Assembly (NCBI GenBank): GCA_046484285.1
Contig: JAWOBP010000088.1
Location: forward strand, 726 to 64,725
DNA length: 64,000 nt
Source of the DNA: Polyangia bacterium
GTDB taxonomy: Bacteria; Myxococcota_A; Polyangia; JAAYKL01
Reading direction: 5' to 3'
Below are positions 36,154-46,311 of this stretch, piece by piece (within the stretch, counting starts at the first letter, position 1; each line of letters begins with the position of its first letter). Below the pieces are notes generated by a model that saw only the letters and a program-made list of their open reading frames with translations, did no database searches and had not been told where the DNA came from. Position numbers and translations under genes: made by a program.

Positions 36154-37014
36154 TCACTCCTCGTTTTGCTCGCCCGAGGCGATTCGTTCCAGGCGCCGCG
36201 CCAGCTCGGCGTCGCCCCGCGCCTGCAGGTAGCCGGCGAGAACGGCCGCGGCCGCCGCCGCATTCTTCTTTTCGTTCGCGGCGAGGGCACGCTCCAGTTG
36301 GAGAGCGGCGCGCCGATAGGCAGCCTCCACTCCGCGAGCCAGATCATCGGCCCTGGCCTCGATTCCGGTCGCGCGATCGCGTTCGACCTGCGAGAGGAGG
36401 GCAGAGGCGCGTCGCAACAGTACCGCGGCCTCGATGCGTCCGGCCGGCCCGCCGCGTCCGAGCAGCTCCTCGGCGCGGCTCAGCAGCAAATCGGAGCGGG
36501 TTTTGCATTCCTCTGCCTCGTCGCAGGCGGGGCGACTGACGGTCGGGATCGGGGAGGCGGGCAGTTCCTCGAGCAGGGCGGGGCCGTTGCGGTCGTTCCC
36601 CGCGCGGTTGCCGGCCAGCGTTGCGCCCGCCAGCGCCGCGGCGAGCAGAGCGCACCCGCCGAGCAGCTTGAGCCGGACTCTCCCCGAGCCGCTTTTCGTC
36701 CCGGCGAGCGCGCCGGCGGGCTCGATTTCTATCTCGACCGGGCCGACGGACAGCTCCAGGCGCTCGCCGCCGACACCGCCGCGCACCGGGCGGCCGCGGT
36801 GCAAGAGCGGGTTGGTCAGCTCGGGGCGCTCCTCGACGCGCACCTTTCCGCTGTCGCTCTCGAGCCAGGCGCGGCACAGCTCGCGCGGGACGGCGAAGTG
36901 GCAGATCGAAAGCTGGCAGCGCGGCGAACGGCCGATCCTGATCGGACCTTCGCCGAATCGATAGCTGCGCGCCGGCGCTTCGGGAGCACGGACGGTGATC
37001 GAAAGCTCGTGCAT
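36154..37014 (-). CDS. FHA-domain protein with TM segment and periplasmic helical domain (gene 1 of the module)
   Basis: N-terminal FHA-like YRFGEGPIRIGRSPRCQLSI...VPRELCRAWLESDSGKVRVE, a TM segment LLGGCALLAAALAGATLAG, and a helical C-terminus. Confidence 0.7.
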   Translation of the reverse strand: MHELSITVRAPEAPARSYRFGEGPIRIGRSPRCQLSICHFAVPRELCRAWLESDSGKVRVEERPELTNPLLHRGRPVRGGVGGERLELSVGPVEIEIEPAGALAGTKSGSGRVRLKLLGGCALLAAALAGATLAGNRAGNDRNGPALLEELPASPIPTVSRPACDEAEECKTRSDLLLSRAEELLGRGGPAGRIEAAVLLRRASALLSQVERDRATGIEARADDLARGVEAAYRRAALQLERALAANEKKNAAAAAAVLAGYLQARGDAELARRLERIASGEQNEE

Positions 37015-37189
37015 CTCGCTGCCTCCTGGCCGGGAGCGAGAGTCGATCCGCCGCCCGGCACTGATCTACATCGGACGTTCGGCCCCGGCGGTTGCATTTT
37101 TTTTCGAAAAAAGGGCAAGTTGTTGCCTGCGGGCGAGGCGGGTAGTGCACGATCGCACCGCAGGGAAGCCGCTTGCCGGAGGCCGAAAG

Positions 37190-38503
37190 ATGAATGCAGC
37201 AGCTCGCTCGATGATCCTCGCACTGGTCGTCGTCAGCTGGTCGGGATGCGGCCCCCGCCAGCCGGGAGGCGAGGCGACGCCTCCGCAGCCGGTCGTGGAG
37301 CCGTCCGCGGCCTGCCCGAGCCCGCGGCCTTCCGAGAACGTGCGCGTCACCAGCGCGATCGGCGAGTCCAACTCGCCGGTTGTGGTTTGGACCGGCGAGC
37401 TCTTCGACGTCTCATGGTGGGACATGCGCGGGCGCTTTCCCACGGTGCACGTGGCGCGCCTCGACCGCGAGGGCGTCCCCCGCTCCCGCGAGGAGAAGAT
37501 GCCCAGCCAGGGCAAGGCCCGCGACCAGAGCCTGGCCGCCGACGCCGACGAGACGCACCTGGTCTATTTCGACGAGAAGCGCGTGATGTCGACCCGTCTC
37601 GGCGCGGCCCGCAGCGAGGCGCAGGCGCTGTCCGACGGGGCGAAAGGAGCGGCGGCCGGGCCGTGGGGCGCGGTGGCCTGGGCCTTGAGGGGCAACCTGC
37701 TGTTCCGCTGCGACGGGATGGGGCCGCCGCCCAGCCCCGGCCAGGAGAGCGAGCGGAACGTGAGCGTGGTCCACCGCGGAGGGATCGGGGATCCCGCCCT
37801 GGCCTGGAACGGCTCGCACTACGCGGTGGCCTGGTCGAGCTCGGTCGAGGGCGGACGCGAGATCCTGATGCAGCGAGTCCGACACGACGGCAGCCTGCTG
37901 GGCCCCCGGGTCGAGGTCTCCGCCGCGGGCGGGTCCAACCGGGAGCCGGTCGTGATCTGGGGCGACGGCGAGTGGGCGCTGGCCTGGACCAACGCGGCGC
38001 CGGTGGCCGGCAGCGAGCAGGCCGGCTATCGCATCTTCTTCGCCGCCGTGCCGGAGCGGGCCAGGGCGCCCCGCACGACCCGCAAGCTGGACTTTCGCGG
38101 CGCCGCCGACAGGGTCGCGTTGGCCTCCACCGGCCGCGAGTACGCCGTGGTCTGGGTGGGGAACAGGGAGCCGATGGGATCGGCGATCTACTTTCGTCGC
38201 TTCGGCCGGGACGGAAAACCGATCGGCGAGGAGGTCGAGGTCAGCGACGGCGAGCCGCTGACCTGCGGGCGTCCGGACCTGGCCTGGGCCGGGGACGGTT
38301 TCGGCGTGGTCTGGCACGACGACCGCGAGCCGGCCGGCTCCGAGGTGTTCTTCTCCTTCGTCTCCTGCGGCGCGGGTGGAGAGGAGACCGCCGGCGACGG
38401 CGGGCCGGCGGCGGACGCCGGGGGCGGGGAGGCCGACACCGGGGCCGGGGACGCGGGGGCAGAGCAGCCCGAAAAGGCGCCCGGGATCAAGAAGGTCTTT
38501 TGA
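37190..38503 (+). CDS. lipoprotein with repeated W-rich beta-strand units (propeller-like)
   Basis: Lipobox LVVVSWSGC. Recurrent units of the type ...VVW.G..F.VSWWD / ..ALAWNGSHYAVAWSS / PVVIWGDGEWALAWTN / EYAVVWVGN / LAWAGDGFGVVWHDD. The ATG at 37190 is internal to the track ORF. Confidence 0.65.
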   Translation: MNAAARSMILALVVVSWSGCGPRQPGGEATPPQPVVEPSAACPSPRPSENVRVTSAIGESNSPVVVWTGELFDVSWWDMRGRFPTVHVARLDREGVPRSREEKMPSQGKARDQSLAADADETHLVYFDEKRVMSTRLGAARSEAQALSDGAKGAAAGPWGAVAWALRGNLLFRCDGMGPPPSPGQESERNVSVVHRGGIGDPALAWNGSHYAVAWSSSVEGGREILMQRVRHDGSLLGPRVEVSAAGGSNREPVVIWGDGEWALAWTNAAPVAGSEQAGYRIFFAAVPERARAPRTTRKLDFRGAADRVALASTGREYAVVWVGNREPMGSAIYFRRFGRDGKPIGEEVEVSDGEPLTCGRPDLAWAGDGFGVVWHDDREPAGSEVFFSFVSCGAGGEETAGDGGPAADAGGGEADTGAGDAGAEQPEKAPGIKKVF

Positions 38504-38616
38504 GTCGGAGCAGCCGGGCTGTCGGGAAACGCGAGGAGGCGCGATGACGCTCGGGGAACGTCGTCCTCGGGGGCGGTACGCAGCAGGCGACGAGCCGCCA
38601 GGAAGGAAGCTGGCAG

Positions 38617-40404
38617 ATGCCACTGCGCAAAAAGTTGCTGCTCGCGATGTTGATTCCGGCTCTTCTGCTCGGAATGGTGGGCGGTATCGGCATCTACTCG
38701 CTGCGTCACCTGGAGCAAGCGGCCGGGCGCATTTTGGCCGACAACTACCATAGCATCCAGGAAACACGTCGCATGGAGCGCGCCTTGCGCTATCTCGACG
38801 CGCGCGATGAGGGGGACGAGGCCACTGCCCTGCGGGCAACGAGCCCAAACGAGCTCGCGACCAGCTTCGAGCAGGCCCTCCAACGCTGTGAATCCAACAT
38901 CACCGAGAGTGGTGAGATCGTCGTGCTCGGTCGCATCCGTTCCAAGTGGAACAGCCTTCGCCCAGACCTCGTCCGCCAAAATGGCCTGCCTGTCGGGGGA
39001 CAACGAGCCCATCGACGCGCCGTGGAGGATCTCTACGAAGAACTCGAAGAGCTGATCTCCTTGAACGAGCAGGCGATGATCGAGTACGAGCGAGAGACCC
39101 GCCGCGTGGCGCGCGTGATGCTCGGAGCGGTCGCCGGAACCGCACTGGCGGCGATGATCGCGCTCACGTTCTTTGCGTTGTTCTCGGCCGGCCGCATTGC
39201 GCGTCCGGTGACCGAGGTCGCCGATCGCCTGCACGTGGCCCTCAATCCAAAGGACGGCTGGAAGAAGGCGAACGGAAGGACCAACCTCGATGAGATCGGA
39301 CGGCTGCGCCAGGAACTCGATGCGTTGCTCGAACGGCTGGCGCGGTACGAGGATGAGCAGAACCGCAAGCTTTCTCACCTGCAGGGACGTCTCGCTTTCG
39401 TGATGAACGAGGTGCTCGAGGGCCTGGTGTTGCTCGATGACCAGCACCGGGTCATGGCCATGAACCGGGTCTCGCGGATGCTCCTCGGCCCGGGGAGCAA
39501 GAAGGGAGTGCAGCTCGATACCCTGGATCTGCGCGATGATGTCCGGCGGGTGCTCACGCCGCTGTTGGCGGGCGAGTATCAGGCCGAACGCGACTTGGGT
39601 GAGCTGGGATACGAAGTCGATGGCGAAGAGCGCATCTATCGTCCTCGGGTGCTCACGGTGACCGCCGGCGACGGTTCGGTCGAAGGCTACCTGTTGCTCT
39701 TCTGGGACGTGACCGAGCAACGACGATTCGAGGAGTCGCGGCGCCGGTTCATCTCGATGCTTTCACACCAGCTCAAGACTCCAATGACTTCGTTGTCGAT
39801 GTCGGTCAACCTCCTGCGGGAGAAGCTGAAAGATGTGGCCCCAGGACAAGCCGAGCTCCTCTCCATCGCCACGGAGGACTGCAACAGTCTCTCCGCGCTG
39901 GTGTCCGACCTCATCGAGGCCGCGAGAGAAGTCACGCCGGACCTGGCGCTCGAGACGCGGCGTGTGGACATTGTCCGCCTTCTCCGCTCGGCGCTCAGGC
40001 CGCTGGTTCCGCAGGCCGAAGAAAAGGGAATCGAGTTGGTCCTCCCGGTCGAAGAGCGAACGCTCCTCGCCAACGTCGATCCGGTCAAGTTTCCCTGGGT
40101 CGTGACCAATATTGCTGGGAATGCGCTGCGCTACACCGATCGAGGTGGTCGCATCGAGGTGGCGGTGATGGGGGTCGATGATCGCATCGAGGTGACGGTT
40201 CGGGACACTGGCGCCGGTATTCCGCCCGAGGACATCGACCAGATTTTTCGACCCTACGTCTCCCTGGATGAGGAGCCCCGGCCCGGAACCCACGGGCTCG
40301 GCCTGGCGATTGCAAGGGAGATCATGGAGGCCCACGGCGGCAGCATTGATGCCGACAGTGAGCCGGGAGTCGGGAGCCGATTCCAAATCAGGCTGCCGGC
40401 GTGA
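38617..40404 (+). CDS. sensor histidine kinase (four-helix-bundle periplasmic sensor, HAMP, PAS, HisKA, HATPase_c)
   Basis: Two TM segments flank a periplasmic domain of about 170 aa. H-box MLSHQLKTPMTSL, N-box NIAGNALRYT, G-boxes DTGAGI and THGLGLAI. Confidence 0.9.
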   Translation: MPLRKKLLLAMLIPALLLGMVGGIGIYSLRHLEQAAGRILADNYHSIQETRRMERALRYLDARDEGDEATALRATSPNELATSFEQALQRCESNITESGEIVVLGRIRSKWNSLRPDLVRQNGLPVGGQRAHRRAVEDLYEELEELISLNEQAMIEYERETRRVARVMLGAVAGTALAAMIALTFFALFSAGRIARPVTEVADRLHVALNPKDGWKKANGRTNLDEIGRLRQELDALLERLARYEDEQNRKLSHLQGRLAFVMNEVLEGLVLLDDQHRVMAMNRVSRMLLGPGSKKGVQLDTLDLRDDVRRVLTPLLAGEYQAERDLGELGYEVDGEERIYRPRVLTVTAGDGSVEGYLLLFWDVTEQRRFEESRRRFISMLSHQLKTPMTSLSMSVNLLREKLKDVAPGQAELLSIATEDCNSLSALVSDLIEAAREVTPDLALETRRVDIVRLLRSALRPLVPQAEEKGIELVLPVEERTLLANVDPVKFPWVVTNIAGNALRYTDRGGRIEVAVMGVDDRIEVTVRDTGAGIPPEDIDQIFRPYVSLDEEPRPGTHGLGLAIAREIMEAHGGSIDADSEPGVGSRFQIRLPA

Positions 40405-40418
40405 AGGGAGGATGAACG

Positions 40419-41753
40419 ATGCGCAAGATCCTCGTAGTCGATGACGATCCACACATCGTGCGGACGCTCGAGATCATGCTCAGCGACGATGAGTACGAGG
40501 TGGTAACCTCATCGAGCGGCGAAGAGGCGCTCGAGAAGCTCGCGCAGCATGCTGTCGACGTCGCGCTGGTCGACCTGCAGCTGCCGGGCATCAGCGGAAC
40601 CGATGTTCTGCGTCACCTGCGGGATAGTCGTCGTGATGTCGAGACGGTGATCATCACGGCGCACGGTTCGATCGAGACAGCGGTCGAGGCGATGAAGGAG
40701 GGAGCCTTCGACTACGTCACCAAGCCCTTCTCACCGGATCAGGTCCGGCATCGACTGCGGCAGATCGAGCGCGTTCGCCAGTTGCAGACCGAGGTAATGG
40801 GCCTCAAGCGCCGGGTGGGAGATCTGCCCTTCAAGTCCGACTTTGCAACTCAGAATCCAGCGACTCTGCACCTGCTCGAAGTAGCGCGCGACGTGGCGAC
40901 CTCGGACGCAACGGTTCTCATCACCGGCGAGAGCGGCACGGGCAAGACGCTGCTCGCCAGGCTCATCCACGCCGCCAGCGCCTGCCGCCAGGGGCCGTTC
41001 GTCACCGTGGACTGCACTTCCTTCCAGGAATTTCTGCTCGAGTCCGAGCTCTTCGGGCACAAGCGGGGCGCCTTTACCGGCGCCGTAGCGGACAAGACGG
41101 GCAAGATCGAAACAGCACAGGGCGGCACCCTGTTTCTGGACGAGGTTGGCGAGGTGCCGCCCCACCTTCAAGGGAAGCTGCTGCGCCTGGTGGAGGACCG
41201 GACCTACGAGCGTGTCGGCGACCCGACTCCACGCTCCGTGGACGCGCGCATCGTGGCGGCCACCAACCGGGACCTCGAGGCGATGGTGCGTGAAAAGGCC
41301 TTTCGCGAGGACCTCTTCTACCGGCTGAGTGTGGTGGATCTGGCGATTCCGCCGCTGCGCAACCGCCCCGAGGACATCTTGTTGCTCGCCCGCGACTTCA
41401 CCGCCGCGCTGAGCCGATCGCACGGCCGTCGGGTCACGGACTGGGACGAAGAGGTCGAGCGAAATCTGATTCGCTACAGCTGGCCGGGGAACGTGCGCGA
41501 GCTGGTGCACACAATCGAGCGCGCGGTCCTGCTCTGTCCGGGGCGGATCCTCCGCATGGAGCATCTTCCAGCGAGGCTGGTAGAGGCGCAGGCGACCAAA
41601 GGACAGGACGACGAGCTGTTGTCACTGGCGGAGATCGAGGAGCGACAGATCCGTAGAGCGCTGGCGCTGGATTTGCCCCTGGAAGAGAAGGCCAGACGGC
41701 TGGGAATCGACCCCTCCACGCTCTGGCGTAAACGGAAAAAGTACAGCATATGA
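40419..41753 (+). CDS. sigma-54-dependent response regulator (NtrC family: REC, AAA+, Fis-type HTH)
   Basis: REC domain (ILVVDDD...DLQLPGISG), Walker A GESGTGKT, the GAFTGA loop (KRGAFTGA), Walker B LFLDEV, and a C-terminal HTH. Confidence 0.93.
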   Translation: MRKILVVDDDPHIVRTLEIMLSDDEYEVVTSSSGEEALEKLAQHAVDVALVDLQLPGISGTDVLRHLRDSRRDVETVIITAHGSIETAVEAMKEGAFDYVTKPFSPDQVRHRLRQIERVRQLQTEVMGLKRRVGDLPFKSDFATQNPATLHLLEVARDVATSDATVLITGESGTGKTLLARLIHAASACRQGPFVTVDCTSFQEFLLESELFGHKRGAFTGAVADKTGKIETAQGGTLFLDEVGEVPPHLQGKLLRLVEDRTYERVGDPTPRSVDARIVAATNRDLEAMVREKAFREDLFYRLSVVDLAIPPLRNRPEDILLLARDFTAALSRSHGRRVTDWDEEVERNLIRYSWPGNVRELVHTIERAVLLCPGRILRMEHLPARLVEAQATKGQDDELLSLAEIEERQIRRALALDLPLEEKARRLGIDPSTLWRKRKKYSI

Positions 41754-41772
41754 ATGACTTGGGTTTTTTGTG

Positions 41773-41796
41773 TTGCAATCTGCAAGACGGTTTGCA
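41773..41796 (+). promoter_or_regulatory. candidate enhancer (UAS) with three TGCA-core half sites
   Basis: TTGCA-atc-TGCAA-gacggt-TTGCA forms two overlapping palindromes. It starts 20 nt after the NtrC-like stop and lies about 160 nt upstream of the -24/-12 element. Confidence 0.4.
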
Positions 41797-41953
41797 GCTC
41801 GCACGATTCGGGACCGATGTTCCGCTGGTCCGCTCGTCGTGTGTCCTCCACAAAAAAGGATTCACATAACCCTCGTTCAAGGTGCAAGGTGACGGGCTTC
41901 GCGAGCTTCACGCTCGGCGGCGCAATACGCTTTGAATACAACACAAAACCGTT

Positions 41954-41969
41954 TGGCTCGATTCGTGCT
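41954..41969 (+). promoter_or_regulatory. sigma-54 (-24/-12) promoter
   Basis: TGGCTCgattcgTGCTT has GG at 41955-56 and GC at 41967-68, exactly the consensus spacing of TGGCAC-N5-TTGC. It lies about 40 nt upstream of ATG 42007. Confidence 0.6.
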
Positions 41970-42006
41970 TTTGGTCCTTCCCGGACGATTTCGTCAGGGA
42001 GCGAGC

Positions 42007-42501
42007 ATGGAGATCTGGACCCGACAGCGAGATCAGCCGGACTGGACTCCCCAGCCCGACGTGCCCCGCGGGTTGGCCGTTCTGCTGGATGCGCCCGACG
42101 TGCAGGTGCTGTTGCTCTGCGAGGCACCCGACGTCGAGCGCGAACTTCTCGTCGCGGCCTTGAGGTTGGTGCAAGCGCTGGGCGGGGATGGCGGCGCCGT
42201 GGTCGTGGCGAGCCCGCATCCGTCCGCCGAGCTGATCGAAACCCTCGCGCCGTACGACGTGGACCAGGTCTGGGTGGTCGAGCGGCGCGGCGCGAGACGA
42301 ACCGCTATCCCCAAGAACGCCTCGGAGCTCGGCCGTAATGTCTGCCCCCATCTCCGCACCGAGACCAGGGACGGGACCACGCTGTCGGTCTGCGGGCGCC
42401 GCCGCGATCGCCTGGTGCTCGGGAGACGTAACCGCGAACGGTGGTGCCTGACGAACAATGCTGGTTGCCCGCATCGGGGACCGGGGCGCGGCGATGCGTG
42501 A
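42007..42501 (+). CDS. hypothetical 164-aa protein with C-terminal four-Cys (CPH...C...C...GCPH) region
   Basis: The ATG at 42007 has GGGAG 5 nt upstream, and third-position G/C is high throughout. Its stop overlaps the trkH-like ATG (ATGCGTGA). I recognise no family. Confidence 0.55.
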   Translation: MEIWTRQRDQPDWTPQPDVPRGLAVLLDAPDVQVLLLCEAPDVERELLVAALRLVQALGGDGGAVVVASPHPSAELIETLAPYDVDQVWVVERRGARRTAIPKNASELGRNVCPHLRTETRDGTTLSVCGRRRDRLVLGRRNRERWCLTNNAGCPHRGPGRGDA

Positions 42502-43864
42502 CCGGCTCGCCAGAGTTCGGGACGCCATGGCGTCGCGGTCTCCCGAGGGGCTTCTGGTAGCGAGCTTCGGCGGGCTGATCGGGCTGGGAACGCTGCTGCT
42601 CAATCTCCCCTGTTCGCACCGGGGTAGCGTGGGTTTTCTGGACGCGCTGTTCACCGCGACCTCGGCGGTCTGTGTCACCGGTCTCATCGTGGTCGACACC
42701 GGCACCGACTACACCGTTTTCGGTCAGATCGTCATCCTGCTGCTCATCCAGGCCGGCGGCATCGGCGTCATGTCATTCGCCGGGCTGGCCTTCTATCTGC
42801 TCGGCCGCCGCCTCTCTTTGCGTGCACAGGCCGCACTGTCGGGCTCGATGCTGCAGCGGGAAGTGGCCAGCGAGTTCCGCGGGATTTTCGAGCGCATCCT
42901 CCGGTTCGTCTTGATCGCAGAATTTGCCGGGGCGCTGCTGCTCTTTGCGGGGATGGCGTCCTCCAAGGGGGTGGGACACGCGGCGTACTCGGCCGTCTTC
43001 CACGCGATCTCGGCCTTCTGCAACGCCGGGTTTTCACTTTATTCGGACAGCTTCACGGCGCTACGCGGAAACCCGCTAGTCGTCATCACGGTGATGTTGC
43101 TCATCGTTCTGGGGGGCATCGGGCACCCGGTGATGGTCGACATCTGGCAGCGGCTTCTGCCGAGCAAGAAGGACGAAAAGCATCCGAACAGAAAGATCAC
43201 CTTGAGCTCCAAGGTCGCGTTGTGGACGAGCGGGCTGCTGATCCTGGCCGGGTTTGCAGCGCTGGTCGTCTCTGGGCTCACGCCCGCGGAAAGTTCCTGG
43301 TCGGAGCGGGTGTTCGGCGCGCTGTTCCAATCGGTGACAGCGAGGACGGCAGGGTTCAACACCGTGGACATCGGCCGCCTGCCGTTGGCCGCGGTGTTCT
43401 TGCTCGTGATGTTGATGTTCATCGGCGGATCGCCGGGGTCCTGTGCCGGCGGCATCAAGACGACGACCTTTGCCGTGTGGCTCGCCAAGCTCCGCGGTCG
43501 GCTTGCCGGAGACAAGTCCCCCCGCCTGTTCGATCGCCATATCCCCGGGGAGATCACGAGGCGTGTGTCGATGATCATGGGCCTGGCGGTGATCTGGAAC
43601 ATGGTCGGCGTCCTGTTGCTGCTCGCGACCGAGGGCGGCAGCGCAGGGGTAGGCATGCACGATGTCGTGTTCGAGCAGGTCTCGGCCTTCGGCACCGTGG
43701 GGCTCTCCACGGGGCTGACCCCGAAGCTGAGCGTCATCGGCCAGCTCTGGATCATCGCGACCATGTTCGTGGGGCGTCTCGGACCGCTGACCCTCGCCTT
43801 GTGGATGTTCACCCGCAAGGCGCCAGGCGTTAGATACCCCGAAGGAAGGATAATGATCGGATGA
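42494..43864 (+). CDS. Trk/Ktr-family K+ transporter membrane subunit (TrkH/KtrB)
   Basis: Polytopic, with repeated pore-loop signatures (TSAVCVTGL, ISAFCNAGFS, VTARTAGFN, VSAFGTVGLSTG) typical of TrkH/KtrB. Confidence 0.9.
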   Translation: MRDRLARVRDAMASRSPEGLLVASFGGLIGLGTLLLNLPCSHRGSVGFLDALFTATSAVCVTGLIVVDTGTDYTVFGQIVILLLIQAGGIGVMSFAGLAFYLLGRRLSLRAQAALSGSMLQREVASEFRGIFERILRFVLIAEFAGALLLFAGMASSKGVGHAAYSAVFHAISAFCNAGFSLYSDSFTALRGNPLVVITVMLLIVLGGIGHPVMVDIWQRLLPSKKDEKHPNRKITLSSKVALWTSGLLILAGFAALVVSGLTPAESSWSERVFGALFQSVTARTAGFNTVDIGRLPLAAVFLLVMLMFIGGSPGSCAGGIKTTTFAVWLAKLRGRLAGDKSPRLFDRHIPGEITRRVSMIMGLAVIWNMVGVLLLLATEGGSAGVGMHDVVFEQVSAFGTVGLSTGLTPKLSVIGQLWIIATMFVGRLGPLTLALWMFTRKAPGVRYPEGRIMIG

Positions 43865-44574
43865 AACGCAACGGAAGACAGGTATGCGTGGTGGGGCTCG
43901 GGCACTTCGGCGCTGGCATCGCCCGGTCGCTCGCGAAGCACTGCGAGGTATTGGCGATCGACAGCGACATCGATCGGGTCAACACCATCACCGGGGATGT
44001 CCAGCGGGCACTTTCTCTCGACGCGCGTGACTACGTCGCGCTCGCTTCGGTCGTCTCATCCGACTTCGACGAGGCCGTGGTGAGCATCGGCGAGAGCCTG
44101 GAGGCGAGCATCCTGTGTACCCTCCATCTCAAGCGCATCGGCGTGCCCGCGATTCGGGCCAAGGCAAACAGCGAGGACCATGCCGATATCCTCAAATCGG
44201 TCGGGGCGACCCACATCGTGTTTCCGGAGCGCGAGACCGCCGAACGGCTTGCCTTGCAGATGCTCAATCCCAACCTGCTCGACTTCATCCCGCTGGCCGA
44301 GGACTACCGGGTGATGGATTTCGCCGCGCCTTGTGCCTTTTACGGCCGATCTTTGATCGACCTGCAGATTCGCAGCCGATTCGGCCTTTTCGTGATCGCC
44401 ATCAAGAAGAACGAGGGCGAGACATTCGTGTTCCTGCCCGGGCCGGAGCAGATTATCGAGCCGGACGACGTGCTGGTACTGATCGGCAAGGAGTCCGACA
44501 TCTTGAAGATGCGCGAGGCTCCCGGGGAAATCGAGAAGGTGGTAGCCGGGCATTCTCGGCTCGAGAAGGAATGA
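43861..44574 (+). CDS. RCK-domain K+ uptake regulatory subunit (KtrA/TrkA-N plus TrkA-C)
   Basis: Rossmann motif VVGLGHFGAGIARSL and a C-terminal TrkA-C-like region (DLQIRSRFGLFVIAIKK...PEQIIEPDDVLVLIG). It has an ATGA overlap with the upstream gene. Confidence 0.9.
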   Translation: MKRNGRQVCVVGLGHFGAGIARSLAKHCEVLAIDSDIDRVNTITGDVQRALSLDARDYVALASVVSSDFDEAVVSIGESLEASILCTLHLKRIGVPAIRAKANSEDHADILKSVGATHIVFPERETAERLALQMLNPNLLDFIPLAEDYRVMDFAAPCAFYGRSLIDLQIRSRFGLFVIAIKKNEGETFVFLPGPEQIIEPDDVLVLIGKESDILKMREAPGEIEKVVAGHSRLEKE

Positions 44575-44603
44575 AACCGCCCCAGCGCCCGTGCATCGAA
44601 TTC

Positions 44604-46238
44604 TCAGCTCCCCGCCATCATGGCCGCGATGTCGCCTTGTACGTCTCCAGTGGGCTTGATGTCGAAGTTGTCGACCAGGACCTTGGCGACGTTCGGCGAG
44701 AGGAATGCAGGGAGGGTCGGGCCGAGGCGGATGCCCTTCACACCCAGGTGCAACAGGGCCAGCAGCACGGTCACGGCCTTCTGCTCGTACCAGGCGATGT
44801 CGAATGAGATGGGCAGCTCGTTGATATCGGCCAGCCCGAAGACCTCCTTGAGCGCGAGCGCCACCACGGCGAGGGAATACGAGTCGTTGCACTGCCCGGC
44901 GTCGAGCACGCGGGGGATCCCTCCGATCTCGCCGAGGTCGAGCTTGTTGTAGCGGTACTTGGCGCAGCCGGCGGTCAGGATGACCGTGTCCTCGGGCAGG
45001 TTCTCGGCCACCTCGGTGAAGTAGGAGCGCCCCTTCTGGCGGCCGTCGCAGCCGGCCATGACGACGAAGCGCTTGAGCGCGCCGCTCTCGACCGCGTCGA
45101 CGATCCTGTCGGCCAGGGCGAGGATCTGGCTATGGGCGAAGCCGCCGGTGATTTCTCCCGACTCGAGCGCCGTGGGCGGCTTGCAGCCGCGCGCCTTTTC
45201 GATGATCGCCGAGAAGTCTTTCTGGCCGCCGTTTTTGCGATCCGGAATATGCGTCACCCCGGGATGGGCGACCCGGCCCGTGGTGAAGATTCGATCCTGG
45301 TAAGCGTCTCTCACCGGCACGATGCAGTTCGTGGTGAGCAGGATGGGGCCGTTGAAGGAATCGAACTCTCTTTGCTGCTGCCACCAGGCGTTGCCGTAGT
45401 TGCCCACCAGGTGGTCGTGCTTCTTGAACGCCGGGTAGTAGTGCGCCGGCAGCATCTCGCCGTGGGTGTAGATGTCGACGCCGGCATCCTTGCTCTGCTC
45501 GAGCAGCTCTTCCAGATCCTTGAGATCGTGTCCCGAGATCAGGATACCGGGACGATCGCGAACGCCGATGTTCACCTTGGTCAGCTCGGGTTGCCCGTAG
45601 GCCGAGGTGTTCGCCTTGTCGAGCAAGGCCATCACGGTCACCGCGGTCTCACCCGCCTTCATGACCATTTTCACCATCTCGTCCTGCGAGAGATCCTCGG
45701 TGGTGGAGGACAGTGCGTCGAAGATGAAGCTGTAGATGGCGGGATCCTCGTGTCCCAGCACGGCCGCGTGATCGGCATAGGCTGCGATGCCCTTCGAGCC
45801 GTAGATCAGCAGCTCACGGAGGGAGCGGACATCCTCATTCTCCGTGGCCAGCACGCCCACTGCGGTCGCCTTGTCCGCAAACGCGTCCGGAGCTCCGGTC
45901 CAGGTGGCCGCGTCGTGTCGGATCTCTGCACCGTTGTGTAGCGCCTTGGCCTGGTCCCGCACCGCCAGCGCCTGCTCGACGACCTTGGAAACATGCTCGG
46001 CGTCGAAATCGACGTTGGTCACCGTCGTGAAGAGCGCCTCGACCACGAAGCGTCCGATGGAGGTCGGGATCTCCACACCGCCCCTTTGCGCCTCGCGCGC
46101 ATGGAGGGCAGTTCCCTCGAGCGTATGAATCAGGAGGTCCTGCATGGCGGCGGTCGGCTCTTTCTTGCCGCACACGCCGCGCTTGGTGCAGCCGCTGTTC
46201 TTGAGCGTCTCTTGACATTGAAAACAGAACATGGACAT
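44604..46238 (-). CDS. hcp: hybrid-cluster protein / hydroxylamine reductase
   Basis: The N-terminal Cys motif is [23 protein letters not shown], and the rest is Hcp-like along the full length. The ATG is at 46238 or 46232, preceded by AAGGAGAG. Confidence 0.93.
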   Translation of the reverse strand: MSMFCFQCQETLKNSGCTKRGVCGKKEPTAAMQDLLIHTLEGTALHAREAQRGGVEIPTSIGRFVVEALFTTVTNVDFDAEHVSKVVEQALAVRDQAKALHNGAEIRHDAATWTGAPDAFADKATAVGVLATENEDVRSLRELLIYGSKGIAAYADHAAVLGHEDPAIYSFIFDALSSTTEDLSQDEMVKMVMKAGETAVTVMALLDKANTSAYGQPELTKVNIGVRDRPGILISGHDLKDLEELLEQSKDAGVDIYTHGEMLPAHYYPAFKKHDHLVGNYGNAWWQQQREFDSFNGPILLTTNCIVPVRDAYQDRIFTTGRVAHPGVTHIPDRKNGGQKDFSAIIEKARGCKPPTALESGEITGGFAHSQILALADRIVDAVESGALKRFVVMAGCDGRQKGRSYFTEVAENLPEDTVILTAGCAKYRYNKLDLGEIGGIPRVLDAGQCNDSYSLAVVALALKEVFGLADINELPISFDIAWYEQKAVTVLLALLHLGVKGIRLGPTLPAFLSPNVAKVLVDNFDIKPTGDVQGDIAAMMAGS

Positions 46239-46311
46239 GGCCTTTCTCTCCTTTCCGAGGCGCGGGGCGCCTCGCGTTTTCGTGTCGCGTTTCGCCGCAG
46301 GTCTCTTGCGC

